Below, one piece after another: positions 1-9,143 of a stretch of DNA of 55,654 nucleotides. Both the position numbers and the translations under genes were made by a program. A model generated the notes under the pieces. The model searched no databases, had not been told where the DNA came from, and saw nothing but the letters and a program-made list of their open reading frames with translations. Origin of the DNA: Candidatus Omnitrophota bacterium (GTDB lineage: Bacteria > Omnitrophota > Gorgyraeia > Gygaellales > Profunditerraquicolaceae); assembly GCA_026387405.1 (NCBI GenBank), contig JAPLLV010000054.1, forward strand, positions 1 to 55,654. Reading direction: 5' to 3'. How positions within the stretch are numbered: position 1 is the first letter of the stretch; each line of letters begins with the position of its first letter.

Positions 1-685
1 TGGGTTCTCCAACATAAACTCCGCCCAGGGCGTATCCGTCAAAAACGATTTCCGCCAGGCTCTCGGCGCAGACCCGGCGTAAATCTTCGTAGGTAGCTCC
101 CTGCACAATACCGAACAATAATCGCTTATCGTTTTCTTTGATTTGCCATTTGCCATTTGCCATTTGCCATTTTGAGCGCCTGGCCCAGTCTATCGTCCTA
201 TGCACGGCCACTTCCGCCATATCCCTGGCGCAGGGGTAATGCACGCACTCGTCCAAAGGCATCATGATGTCCGAACCTAGGGTATTTTGAATATCTACCA
301 CGGATTCCGGGGTCAATAAATGCCTGTCTCCGTCCAGGTGCGATTGGAACTCTACCCCCCGGTCGCTTACCTTTCTTAATAGCGCAAGACTGAATATCTG
401 GTATCCGCCGCTATCGGTCAAGATGGGTTTTTGCCAGCTTATAAAATTATGCAAGCCGCCAGCCTTTTTTATCACGTCCAGCCCGGGCCGCAAAAATAAG
501 TGGTAGGCATTGGCAAGGATGATCCCGGCTCCCGCAACCTCCAATTCGGCAGGAGAAAGGGTCTTGACCGTGCCTTGCGTTCCCACGGGCATGAAACAAG
601 GCGTATCGATCTCGCCATGCGCCGTAACAAGCTTGCCTAACCGCGCCTTAGAATGGGCGTCTTTATGCAGTAATTTGAATGACAT
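1..685 (-). CDS. tgt: tRNA-guanine transglycosylase, 5' part (runs off window edge)
   Basis: Not in ORF track; manual translation from ATG 685 gives MSFKLLHKDAHSKARLGKLVTAHGEIDTPCFMPVGTQGTVK, and later DSGGYQIFSL and LFGIVQG; follows queA. Confidence 0.95.
   Translation of the reverse strand, partial: MSFKLLHKDAHSKARLGKLVTAHGEIDTPCFMPVGTQGTVKTLSPAELEVAGAGIILANAYHLFLRPGLDVIKKAGGLHNFISWQKPILTDSGGYQIFSLALLRKVSDRGVEFQSHLDGDRHLLTPESVVDIQNTLGSDIMMPLDECVHYPCARDMAEVAVHRTIDWARRSKWQMANGKWQIKENDKRLLFGIVQGATYEDLRRVCAESLAEIVFDGYALGGVYVGEP
143..170. repeat. Heptamer tandem (TTGCCAT)x4 inside tgt
   Basis: Direct reading; the reading frame stays open (KWQMANGKWQ). Confidence 0.9.
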
Positions 686-688
686 GGG

Positions 689-1702
689 TTAGATTATCAA
701 CATCGCATCGCCGTAACTATAGAACCTGTATTTTTCCGCGATCGCCTCCTGATACGCCTTTTTCATCAGCTCATACCCTGTTCCTCCGGACGCGTCTGCG
801 GCGCAAAACGCGCATACCAGCATGAACAGGGTCGTGCGCGGAAGATGAAAATTAGTCAATAGGGCCTGCGCTATCTTAAATTTGTATCCCGGATAAATGA
901 ATAAATCCGTAAAACCCTCCCGGGTGCCTGCGGCATAGGCCTCAAGGGCGCGCAGGCTTGTCGTGCCTACGGCACAAATCCGCTTATTCTTAGAACGCGC
1001 GTCATCTATCGCATCCCCGGCCTCCTGGGAAACCTCAAAATATTCCACTTCCATCTTGTGGCGGGTTATATCTTCGCTATCCACGGGCTTAAATGTTCCG
1101 GGCCCTACATGCAAAGTTAAATAAGCGATATCTGACCCGCGGGAGATCATTTCCTTGATCATATTTTCTGTAAAATGCAGTCCCGCGGTAGGCGCGGCAA
1201 CCGCCCCCTCACGGGCGGCATATACCGTCTGATAATAAAGCGCGTCCTCTTCCTCCGGTTCTCTTTTTATATACGGAGGAAGCGGCATAACCCCTGTTTT
1301 ATAAATATCGTTTATATCTCCCGCGGAAAAAGTAACCTCATTTCTAGCGCTAAGACTGGCGGACAAGCCGTTTCCGTCAAAAAGAATCTTCTCGCCAAGC
1401 TTTATACGGCCAGGCTTGACATATGCATCGAAGGTTAGACCGGCCTTGCGCTTTACTAGTAACAACTCAACCTTTCCTCCGGTCGAGCGCCTCCCCTTTA
1501 AACGGCAGGGTAGAACCTTGGTATTATTTAATACTATCAGATAGTCTCTGGTTATATAAGATAATATATCACGAAAGGTACGGTGTTCTATTGTTTCGGC
1601 AGACCGGTTTACGACCATCAACCTGCAGGCATCGCGCTCTCTTAAAGGATGCTGGGCAATCAGTTCCCTGGGTAAAATATAATCGAAATCAGAGAGTCTC
1701 AT
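689..1702 (-). CDS. queA: S-adenosylmethionine:tRNA ribosyltransferase-isomerase
   Basis: LIAQHP, NNTKV, MPLPPYIKR, YQTVYA, GAVAAPTAGLHFT, VGTTS, NFHLP, YRFYSYGDAMLI motifs. Confidence 0.98.
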   Translation of the reverse strand: MRLSDFDYILPRELIAQHPLRERDACRLMVVNRSAETIEHRTFRDILSYITRDYLIVLNNTKVLPCRLKGRRSTGGKVELLLVKRKAGLTFDAYVKPGRIKLGEKILFDGNGLSASLSARNEVTFSAGDINDIYKTGVMPLPPYIKREPEEEDALYYQTVYAAREGAVAAPTAGLHFTENMIKEMISRGSDIAYLTLHVGPGTFKPVDSEDITRHKMEVEYFEVSQEAGDAIDDARSKNKRICAVGTTSLRALEAYAAGTREGFTDLFIYPGYKFKIAQALLTNFHLPRTTLFMLVCAFCAADASGGTGYELMKKAYQEAIAEKYRFYSYGDAMLII

Positions 1703-2847
1703 TGCATAAACGTTACTTCCGCGCCCGGATAATAATGCCGTAATATATCAATATATGTATGCCCGGATTTAGCCATAAAATACGCGCCCCATTGGCACAT
1801 ACCTACGCCGTGCCCCCACCCCAGCCCCTCGAAAACCACGTCATTATTCACCGTACTCACTTCAAAATTGGTACTCCTTATCAGGTTAGGACCGATGAGA
1901 TTACGGAGATCTTTTGCCGGAATGCTCACCTCTTTTAAAAGCGAGGATATCTTTAGGCCCGTTATCCGTCCGGAGGGATCTTTTCCTGCGGGGGAAATTG
2001 CCATTATGCGGTCTATTCCGTACCCCGCAGAAACGACTTTCTTCAAAAGTTCCTGTTTGGATAATACATAATGCCATTTATAATGCGGAGATTCCACGCA
2101 GAAGTCACAAACCACTCCCTTTAACGGAGGCAGGTCTATCTTCCAGAGCTCCGCGGCATCTTCGGTATGGCCGCCGCAGGTAGCGGAAAAAAAGGCAGGA
2201 AAAACCCTGCCTTGATAAGTAAGTATATCTCCATTGGTTTCTTCAACGGCCAGGTTGGTCCGCTGACGTTCAGAGGTAAGCCCGCCGTACACCTGGGAAT
2301 AAATATCACTTGTTACGTCGAAATCCTTCAGCTTATTCTCTCGCATCTGATACAAAGCGTAGGTGCGGCATACTATGGCCTGGGCCCTTAGCGCCTCTTG
2401 AGGCCAATAGTGGGATACCTCATGATAGAGGATCCCTTTTATATAATCCTCAAGAGATACTACATTCGTAACCAACAAATGCGCGTTATCTTTCCTGGAA
2501 ATCTGTATATTATCCCTGAACCTCCGGCCGTTGATGGTCAGGCCTTGAGGATTATTTACATTGATCAAAATAGAATTATAATCTGCCTTGAAATTCCCCA
2601 ACAGGATACTATCGCTATAAACAGCAACTGTGGCGTTCAAATTCCTGCCGCGGCTTATTATCTTATTGGTCCTGGGGTCTTGAATCTCGTACGGCCCTCT
2701 GATCCTCAAAGAGAAGAAAACGGCATCTTGCAATATTGCCACGCGAATATACTGTCCCTGCCGGCCAAAACAACTGGCAAGAGACAATTGACAAATGGCA
2801 ACCAGGACAAACGTATATAATAATATCTTTTTCACCGTCGAGCCCAT
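1699..2847 (-). CDS. SpoIID/LytB domain protein
   Basis: LEDYIKGILYHEV, ALRAQAIVCRTYA, SQVYGG, GWGHGVGMCQWGA, ILRHYYPG; stop overlaps the queA start (ATGA). Confidence 0.93.
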   Translation of the reverse strand: MGSTVKKILLYTFVLVAICQLSLASCFGRQGQYIRVAILQDAVFFSLRIRGPYEIQDPRTNKIISRGRNLNATVAVYSDSILLGNFKADYNSILINVNNPQGLTINGRRFRDNIQISRKDNAHLLVTNVVSLEDYIKGILYHEVSHYWPQEALRAQAIVCRTYALYQMRENKLKDFDVTSDIYSQVYGGLTSERQRTNLAVEETNGDILTYQGRVFPAFFSATCGGHTEDAAELWKIDLPPLKGVVCDFCVESPHYKWHYVLSKQELLKKVVSAGYGIDRIMAISPAGKDPSGRITGLKISSLLKEVSIPAKDLRNLIGPNLIRSTNFEVSTVNNDVVFEGLGWGHGVGMCQWGAYFMAKSGHTYIDILRHYYPGAEVTFMQ

Positions 2848-3047
2848 AGCCAAAGTATGACAGAAAGGATAATGCTGATTATTACCGAGGTGACAAGGGG
2901 AAAATAGAAAGTAAAATTCTTGCGCTGGACGTAAATATCTCCGGGCAGCCTCCCCAAAAAAGGAACCTTATCTATAAACATCAACAGAACGCCTATGCCT
3001 ATTAAAACAATCCCAAAAATAATTACGGCCTTGCCGATTTCCTGCAT
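2832..3047 (-). CDS. DUF2905 family small membrane protein
   Basis: LGRLPGDIYVQRKNFTFYFPLVTS motif; start chosen at MQEIGK. Confidence 0.88.
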   Translation of the reverse strand: MQEIGKAVIIFGIVLIGIGVLLMFIDKVPFLGRLPGDIYVQRKNFTFYFPLVTSVIISIILSVILWLWARR

Positions 3048-3565
3048 CTCTCCATCTCCGAATACAAACACCCGCAGTATTTCTGGCAATATATGCCTTT
3101 TGCGCGAGCCTGATCGTGCGCGCTCCTAAACCCGGGACGAAAATCCTCGTAATAAAACTCTATGCCCTCTTCTTGCCCAGCCTTAAGCCCGATCTCCTTA
3201 AGCAACTCAATGTCTTGGTAGGGACTTACCAATAACGTGGTGGTAAACGCATCCAGACCCCGGGCTTTAGCGGCCCTGGCTGTTGTCTTCAGGCGCATCC
3301 CCCAGCATATCGCGCACCTGCCGGGATTAACCTCTTTTAGATTAACCTCTCTAAAGAAAGCCGAAGGCGTATATTCCGGATAGGTTACCTCTAGCGCCAT
3401 ATCTTTTGCTATATTCTCTACCGCTGCCCTACGGGCTTTATATTCCGCAAAGGGGTGGATATTGGGATTATAGAACAGCCCTTCGACATAAAAATCTTTT
3501 TTGCGCAATTGCTCCAGGGGATAGATCAGGCACGGCGCGCAGCAGGTATGCAGTAGTAACTTCAT
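3023..3565 (-). CDS. queH: Epoxyqueuosine reductase QueH
   Basis: LLLHTCCAPC, FYNPNIHP, RCAIC, FTTTLLVSPYQ, YCQKYCGCLYS. Confidence 0.95.
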   Translation of the reverse strand: MKLLLHTCCAPCLIYPLEQLRKKDFYVEGLFYNPNIHPFAEYKARRAAVENIAKDMALEVTYPEYTPSAFFREVNLKEVNPGRCAICWGMRLKTTARAAKARGLDAFTTTLLVSPYQDIELLKEIGLKAGQEEGIEFYYEDFRPGFRSAHDQARAKGIYCQKYCGCLYSEMERCRKSARP

Positions 3566-3579
3566 GATAACTTTCATTA

Positions 3580-3839
3580 ATTTTTATAAAATAAATCTGG
3601 CGATTTTCGAGCGAATGGAGATTTTAGCCAAAGCACGCTTGAGCAGACGAGGGAATCCAAACACGGAAGTATTTGGACGGCGAGCATGTTTGAGCCCGTC
3701 CTGGCGCGAGAGCGCCGACGGGCGAGTTGCGCAGCCGCCGAGACTGCGAAAGACCTTTGGCGTGCCCCTAGATAAAGACTTCTTGTGGGGCAAAATCGAC
3801 CTGAGCGAGAAAATCCGACAGATTTATTTATATAAAAAT
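3580..3839. mobile_element. MITE-like palindromic element, about 260 bp
   Basis: About 30-bp imperfect terminal inverted repeats (3580-3608 and 3809-3839), AT-rich ends, and several internal GC-rich hairpins. Confidence 0.6.
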
Positions 3840-3851
3840 AAATGGCACAAG

Positions 3852-4958
3852 TTAGAACATCTTTTCCTGTTTCTCTTTATCGTATTTCATTCCGAAGTGC
3901 TCGTAGGCTTTCTTTGTGGCGAGCCTGCCGCGGGAAGTGCGCTTCAGGTATCCGGCGCTCAAAAGATACGGCTCAATGGTATCGGTTATGGTATCTACCT
4001 CTTCGTTAAGGCTGGCAGCCAGGGATTCTACCCCCACAGGCCCGCCGGAGTAAGTTTCTAATACCATTTTCAGGACCTTGCGGTCGATATCATCCATACC
4101 CGCGTTGTCGATACCCAGCTCCTGAAGGGTATTTACGGCGATCTGAGGGTCTATCTTATTCAGCTTTTTGACCTGGGCGTAATCCCGGATCCTGCGTAAT
4201 AACCTGTTGGCTATACGGGGCGTGCCCCGGGCACGCCGGGCGACTTCGGAAGCCGCCTCTTCATCGATCATTATACCCAGGACATCCGCGGAGTGCCTGA
4301 TGATCCGCGTCAGGTCTTCGACTTTATAAAAATCCAGATGATACAATATCCCGAATCTTCCGCGTAACGGAGCAGCCAATAACCCTGTGCGCGTGGTCGC
4401 GCCTACCAGCGTAAACGGCTTTAAATTAAATTTGATGGTCTTGGCGTACGGGCCCTTATCGATGACAAAATCGATCTGAAAATCCTCCATCGCAGGATAG
4501 AGAAACTCTTCCACCACTTTAGACAAACGGTGTATCTCATCTATAAAAAGGATGTCCCCCTTTTCCATATTGGTCAATATGCCGATCAGATCCCCCGCCT
4601 TCTCGATCGCCGGACCGGAGGTCGCGGTGATCTTGCTGTTCATCTCGTGCGCTATAATATGGGCAAGCGAGGTCTTCCCCAGGCCCGGCGGTCCGGAAAG
4701 AAGCACGTGTTCCAGGGGTTCATTGCGCTGGCGGGTGGCGGTCAGGCAGATCTTAAGATTCTCTACCACTTCCTTCTGGCCTATGAAATCTGCAAATCCC
4801 CGCGGGCGCAAAGAAATATTCAAAACCACATCTTCTTCGGTCTCAGTCTGCGCATCGCGCTTTGAGGCTTTATGGTCCTTAGGCGGAGCGCTTTCCGGAA
4901 GCAAAAGCGCCTTACGGAAATTAGCCTTCGGCGAGCCCTGTTTTATTTCTTCGCTCAT
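3852..4958 (-). CDS. ruvB: Holliday junction branch migration helicase RuvB with N-terminal extension
   Basis: SLRPRGFADFIGQ, GPPGLGKTSLA, FIDEIHRL, GATTR, RGTPRIANRLLRR, RTSRGR. Confidence 0.98.
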   Translation of the reverse strand: MSEEIKQGSPKANFRKALLLPESAPPKDHKASKRDAQTETEEDVVLNISLRPRGFADFIGQKEVVENLKICLTATRQRNEPLEHVLLSGPPGLGKTSLAHIIAHEMNSKITATSGPAIEKAGDLIGILTNMEKGDILFIDEIHRLSKVVEEFLYPAMEDFQIDFVIDKGPYAKTIKFNLKPFTLVGATTRTGLLAAPLRGRFGILYHLDFYKVEDLTRIIRHSADVLGIMIDEEAASEVARRARGTPRIANRLLRRIRDYAQVKKLNKIDPQIAVNTLQELGIDNAGMDDIDRKVLKMVLETYSGGPVGVESLAASLNEEVDTITDTIEPYLLSAGYLKRTSRGRLATKKAYEHFGMKYDKEKQEKMF

Positions 4959-5685
4959 AGGGTATAATGTTCTCCTTATTGCGGAGGATCTCTATCTCCT
5001 GGAATAACCCCTTCTGCATAGCCACGATCTCTTTCATACGGATCAACTCCAGGATGGCCAGAAAATTTACTACTATTTCGACCTTATTCTTTGTTAGGGA
5101 AAATAATTCAGAGAGATAAACACTTTGACGAACCAACAAAAGATGCAATATCTCATGCACCTTCTCTTCCACGGTAAATTCGTCCTTTATGACTTCGTAA
5201 AATACTTCCCGCGGGACCTCCTCCATGGCCTTGGAAAAGGCATTGATCAGGTCAAAAAGGCTGGCCTCGAAATATACCTCTTGCTTGCCAATATTTTCAG
5301 GCAGACTCTCTTGCTTAGGGCGCGTGAATACCTGGCTCTGCTCGGCTTCTCTTTTCTTTAATTCTTCGGCCACCTTTTTAAAGTTCTCATACTCCAGGAG
5401 CCGCTTGACCAGCTCTGAGCGCGGGTCTTCCTGGGGCTGATCTTCGGTTGATTCCTCGGCAGGCAAAAGCATCTTGGATTTGATCTCCATGAGCGCGGCT
5501 GCCATGACTAAAAATTCTCCCGCGATATTTAAATCCAGGAGCCGCATTAATTCCAAATAACGCAGGTACTGCTCGGTAACCTGGGCGATCGGGATATCAT
5601 AAATATTCAGGTGGTCCTTTTTGACCAGGTACAACAATAGGTCCAGAGGGCCTTCGAATAGATCCAGCTTTATTTTATAACTCAT
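4921..5685 (-). CDS. scpA: Segregation and condensation protein A
   Basis: FEGPLDLLLYLV, AGEFLVMAA, EIKSKMLLP, FLAILEL. Confidence 0.96.
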   Translation of the reverse strand: MSYKIKLDLFEGPLDLLLYLVKKDHLNIYDIPIAQVTEQYLRYLELMRLLDLNIAGEFLVMAAALMEIKSKMLLPAEESTEDQPQEDPRSELVKRLLEYENFKKVAEELKKREAEQSQVFTRPKQESLPENIGKQEVYFEASLFDLINAFSKAMEEVPREVFYEVIKDEFTVEEKVHEILHLLLVRQSVYLSELFSLTKNKVEIVVNFLAILELIRMKEIVAMQKGLFQEIEILRNKENIIPYERRNKTGLAEG

Positions 5686-5801
5686 TGAGCACCCACCTGC
5701 GCCGAAGGCGCATTTTGAGAACCAAAATAAATGCCATCCAGCGAAATGCCTGGAGCGAATAGCGAACAGGCAAGCGAAATCCCGCCGAGCGATTTTATTC
5801 T

Positions 5802-6794
5802 CTATGCGAGGCGGGGTAACCCCATAGCCTCTCTTACCTCAGAGAAGGTGCCGGCTGCAACCGCCCTGGCCTTTTCAGTGCCCTTCTCCAGTATCCTCTT
5901 CACCTTTGCCTTGTCTTTCAAGAACCCCTCCCGCCTCTCATGAAAGGGCTTTAGTTTCTCAATCAATCCGGCGGCGAGCATTTTTTTACAATCCGTGCAG
6001 CCAAGGGAGGCGCTTCTGCATCCCCGCTCAACCTCATCTTTTTGCTCCGGCAGGAATACACCGTAATAGGCGTGGACATTGCAAGTTTCAGGATGCCCTT
6101 TGTCCGTGCGCAGGACCCTTTTGGGGTCTGTAAACATATTGCCGATTTTTTTGCGCAGGACCTCCTCGGGATCAGAGAGATTGAGCGTGTTGTTATAGCT
6201 CTTGCTCATTTTCCTGCCATCTAAACCCAGCAATCTCGGAGTAGGGGTGAGTATCGCCTCCGGCTCAGGAAAAATTTTTGATTTATAAAGCCCGTTGAAT
6301 CTCCTGGCTATCTCGCGGGTAAGCTCAAGGTGTGGGAGCTGGTCTTCTCCCACCGGGACCTTGCCGGCCTTGTAAAGTAAAATATCTGCTGCCTGCAATA
6401 CCGGATATCCCAAAAACGCGTAGGTATGCAGGTTCCGTGTGGTCACTTCACGCAACTGCTCCTTATAGGTAGGACAACGCTCCAGCCACCCTAAAGGCGT
6501 AAAACAGGAAAGGACCATGTATAGATCAAGGTGCTCGCGCACCCCGGATTGAATAAAAACGGTAGATTTCTCCGGGTCCACTCCTGCGCTTAACCAATCG
6601 ATCGTATTATCTATACGATTTTCAGCCAACTGCGAGGTATCTTCATATTCGCTCATCAACGCGTGCCAGTCTGCTACCATAAAAAAACACTCGTATTCAT
6701 CCTGCAGCTTGACCCAGTTATCCAGCGCGCCTACCAGGTGCCCCAGGTGCAACTTACCGGTTGGCCGCATACCGCTTAATATTCTTTTCTTCAT
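5802..6794 (-). CDS. trpS: Tryptophanyl-tRNA synthetase
   Basis: SGMRPTGKLHLGH, YPVLQAADIL, VPVGEDQ, KMSKS. Confidence 0.98.
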   Translation of the reverse strand: MKKRILSGMRPTGKLHLGHLVGALDNWVKLQDEYECFFMVADWHALMSEYEDTSQLAENRIDNTIDWLSAGVDPEKSTVFIQSGVREHLDLYMVLSCFTPLGWLERCPTYKEQLREVTTRNLHTYAFLGYPVLQAADILLYKAGKVPVGEDQLPHLELTREIARRFNGLYKSKIFPEPEAILTPTPRLLGLDGRKMSKSYNNTLNLSDPEEVLRKKIGNMFTDPKRVLRTDKGHPETCNVHAYYGVFLPEQKDEVERGCRSASLGCTDCKKMLAAGLIEKLKPFHERREGFLKDKAKVKRILEKGTEKARAVAAGTFSEVREAMGLPRLA

Positions 6795-6796
6795 AA

Positions 6797-6828
6797 TAGT
6801 CGTTGGTCGTTAGTCGTTTGTCGTTGGT
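6797..6828. repeat. Heptamer tandem T(A/G)GTCGT between infB and trpS
   Basis: tagtcgt tggtcgt tagtcgt ttgtcgt; ends 2 nt from the trpS ATG. Confidence 0.9.
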
Positions 6829-6834
6829 TAAGCT

Positions 6835-9090
6835 CTATAATTTTCTCGCTATTTTCTCAATCTCGTAAGCCTCGATAATATCCCCTTCCTGATAACTATT
6901 AAAACCGTTCAGGATAATACCGCACTCAAAACCCTCGGCCACTTCGCGCACATCGTCTTTGAACCGTTTTAAAGAAGAGATGCTGCCTTCAAAAACGACC
7001 TCGCCGTTTCTTACGAGGCTTACCGGCGCCTGACGGGTGATCTTACCCTTGGTAACAAAACATCCGGCCACCGTGCCCCAGCGGGAAAGCTTAAGGACTT
7101 TCCTGATCTCCACCCTTCCCAGGAATGTCTTTTTTAGTTTTGGCTCAAGCATACCCTCCAGCGCGGCCTTGATATCATTGGCCAATTCATAAATAATATT
7201 GTATATCTTCAGCTCCACACCTTCTTTGGCGATCAGCGCCTTGGCCTGATCGTCCGCGGTGACATTAAAACCCAGGAGCAGGGCATTGGAGGCTACTGCC
7301 AGGATCACATCCGAAGAATTAATCCCTCCCACCCCTTCATGGATAAAATCGATCTTTATTTCGGAAATATTCATTTTTGCCAGTGTATCTTTGATCGCCC
7401 CCAGCGACCCCTGGACATCGACCTTGAGGATCAGTTTTAACTCTTTTAATTTGCCTTCTTTGATCTGGGTATGGAGATCTTCCAAGCTTATCCTCTTTAT
7501 GGGTTGAGTATCAAGCTGCCTTTGCTGTTCCCGGCGCTTCTCTATGATCTGCCTGGCTATTTTTTCGTCTTCGATGACGAAGAACTGTTCTCCTGCCAGA
7601 GGCACTCCTGATAAACCCAGGACCTCAACCGGGAATGCCGGCCCGGCCTCGGGCACACCCTGGCCCCGGGCATTTAACATGGCCCTGATCTTACCGGAAT
7701 ACCGGCCTACGATGATATATTCATTCAGATGCAGGGTGCCGTTTTGCACCAGAAGCGTTGCCACCGGCCCCTTGCCTTTGGAAAGCCTGGCCTCGATCAC
7801 TACGCCCTTGGCCAGCCTTTTGGGATTCGCCTTTAATTCCAGCATCTGGGCCTCAAGCAGGATCATATCCAATAAATTATCGATCCCCTCTCCTGTCTTT
7901 GCCGAAACCGGGGCAACAATAGTCTTACCTCCCCAGTCCTCTGCCAAAAGGTCCAGCTCCGCGAGCTGCTTCTTGACCCTGTCTACATCCGCCTGCGGCT
8001 TATCCACTTTATTCATAGCCACCATGATAGTCACGCCGGCGGCGCGGGCATGGTCAATGGCCTCGCGCGTCTGCGGCATCACCCCGTCATCCGCGGCTAC
8101 CACCAATATAACTATATCGGTGACGCCGGCTCCGCGCGCGCGCATGGCCGTAAATGCCTCATGGCCCGGCGTATCCAGGAAGGTGATCTCGCCGTTCTTA
8201 AACTTTACCCTATAGGCGCCGATATGCTGGGTTATGCCGCCGTGTTCCGAATCGGCCACTTTAGTCTTTCTTATCGCATCCAAAAGCGAAGTCTTACCGT
8301 GGTCAACGTGGCCCATAAAGGTCACGATGGGAGGCCTGGGCAGCAGGGAGGCCGCGCTATCCGGCTGCTCATGGGCGCCTAACAGCTGTTGCTCTACGTC
8401 AGGAGCAGGCCTGACCGAATAATTAAATTTAGCGCATATAGACTTTACCGCTTCCTCGTCAAGCGTCTGGTTGATAGTTACCATCACCCGCATATCCATC
8501 AGGATCTTGATCAGGCTTGAAGGTTTTTCCTGTAATCGTATAGCCAGGTCCTTAACAGTAATAGGCAGCTTGATCTCGATTTCCTTTGTGGGCGCGGTAA
8601 CCGGCTTTGCCGCCGGAGGCAAAGGAGGCGCGGGCACTTCCGTTTTCTTAGGAGGAACTTCCGCTTTTTTAGGAGGAACGGGTACCGGCTTGGGGATAAC
8701 AGCAGCCCTGCCTTGAGGCTGTACCGGCGTTGGTTTAACTTGCTCCACAACGGGGATCACGGGTGGAACCGGGAGAATACGGGCTGCTTCATGCGCGGGC
8801 TTTTTCTGAAGCTCGGGTTTTTTTATCGGCGTTTCTTTTTTCTTTGCCACGTTAGAGAAAACCACGTGACCTTTTAGAAGACGCGATTCTCTAACGGGGT
8901 TTGCCGCCGGTTTTAAGACAGGCTTAGCCGGCTTTACCAATTGCTTCTCGGGCTTAAGCCTATGCGCTGTTTTCTTGCCCGGTCTGACCTTGGCCTTAAT
9001 AACAGGTAACGCCTTTTTTCCGCCTCCGGCGGAAGCTGTCAGTTTATTTTTTTTCGGAGATTGTGACTTTTCTTTTTTTACGGTTTTCAT
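6835..9090 (-). CDS. infB: Translation initiation factor IF-2 with Lys/Pro-rich N-terminus
   Basis: PRPPIVTFMGHVDHGKTSLLD, GGITQHIGAY, DTPGHEAF, NKVD, SLKRFKDDV; start chosen by SD spacing (9096 and 9105 also possible). Confidence 0.98.
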   Translation of the reverse strand: MKTVKKEKSQSPKKNKLTASAGGGKKALPVIKAKVRPGKKTAHRLKPEKQLVKPAKPVLKPAANPVRESRLLKGHVVFSNVAKKKETPIKKPELQKKPAHEAARILPVPPVIPVVEQVKPTPVQPQGRAAVIPKPVPVPPKKAEVPPKKTEVPAPPLPPAAKPVTAPTKEIEIKLPITVKDLAIRLQEKPSSLIKILMDMRVMVTINQTLDEEAVKSICAKFNYSVRPAPDVEQQLLGAHEQPDSAASLLPRPPIVTFMGHVDHGKTSLLDAIRKTKVADSEHGGITQHIGAYRVKFKNGEITFLDTPGHEAFTAMRARGAGVTDIVILVVAADDGVMPQTREAIDHARAAGVTIMVAMNKVDKPQADVDRVKKQLAELDLLAEDWGGKTIVAPVSAKTGEGIDNLLDMILLEAQMLELKANPKRLAKGVVIEARLSKGKGPVATLLVQNGTLHLNEYIIVGRYSGKIRAMLNARGQGVPEAGPAFPVEVLGLSGVPLAGEQFFVIEDEKIARQIIEKRREQQRQLDTQPIKRISLEDLHTQIKEGKLKELKLILKVDVQGSLGAIKDTLAKMNISEIKIDFIHEGVGGINSSDVILAVASNALLLGFNVTADDQAKALIAKEGVELKIYNIIYELANDIKAALEGMLEPKLKKTFLGRVEIRKVLKLSRWGTVAGCFVTKGKITRQAPVSLVRNGEVVFEGSISSLKRFKDDVREVAEGFECGIILNGFNSYQEGDIIEAYEIEKIARKL

Positions 9091-9143
9091 CGCCATGCCT
9101 TTCACAGAAGGTGAAACGCTTTCCCTCCCTATCAGGAAAGGTG

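Noticed and set aside
3564-4061. ORFs 3584-3793 (-) and 3564-4061 (+)
   Set aside because: They are open frames through the palindromic element and antisense to ruvB, with no protein features.
8636-8677. 21-bp tandem duplication in infB (PPKKAEV/PPKKTEV)
   Set aside because: Ordinary variation in the disordered IF-2 N-terminus.
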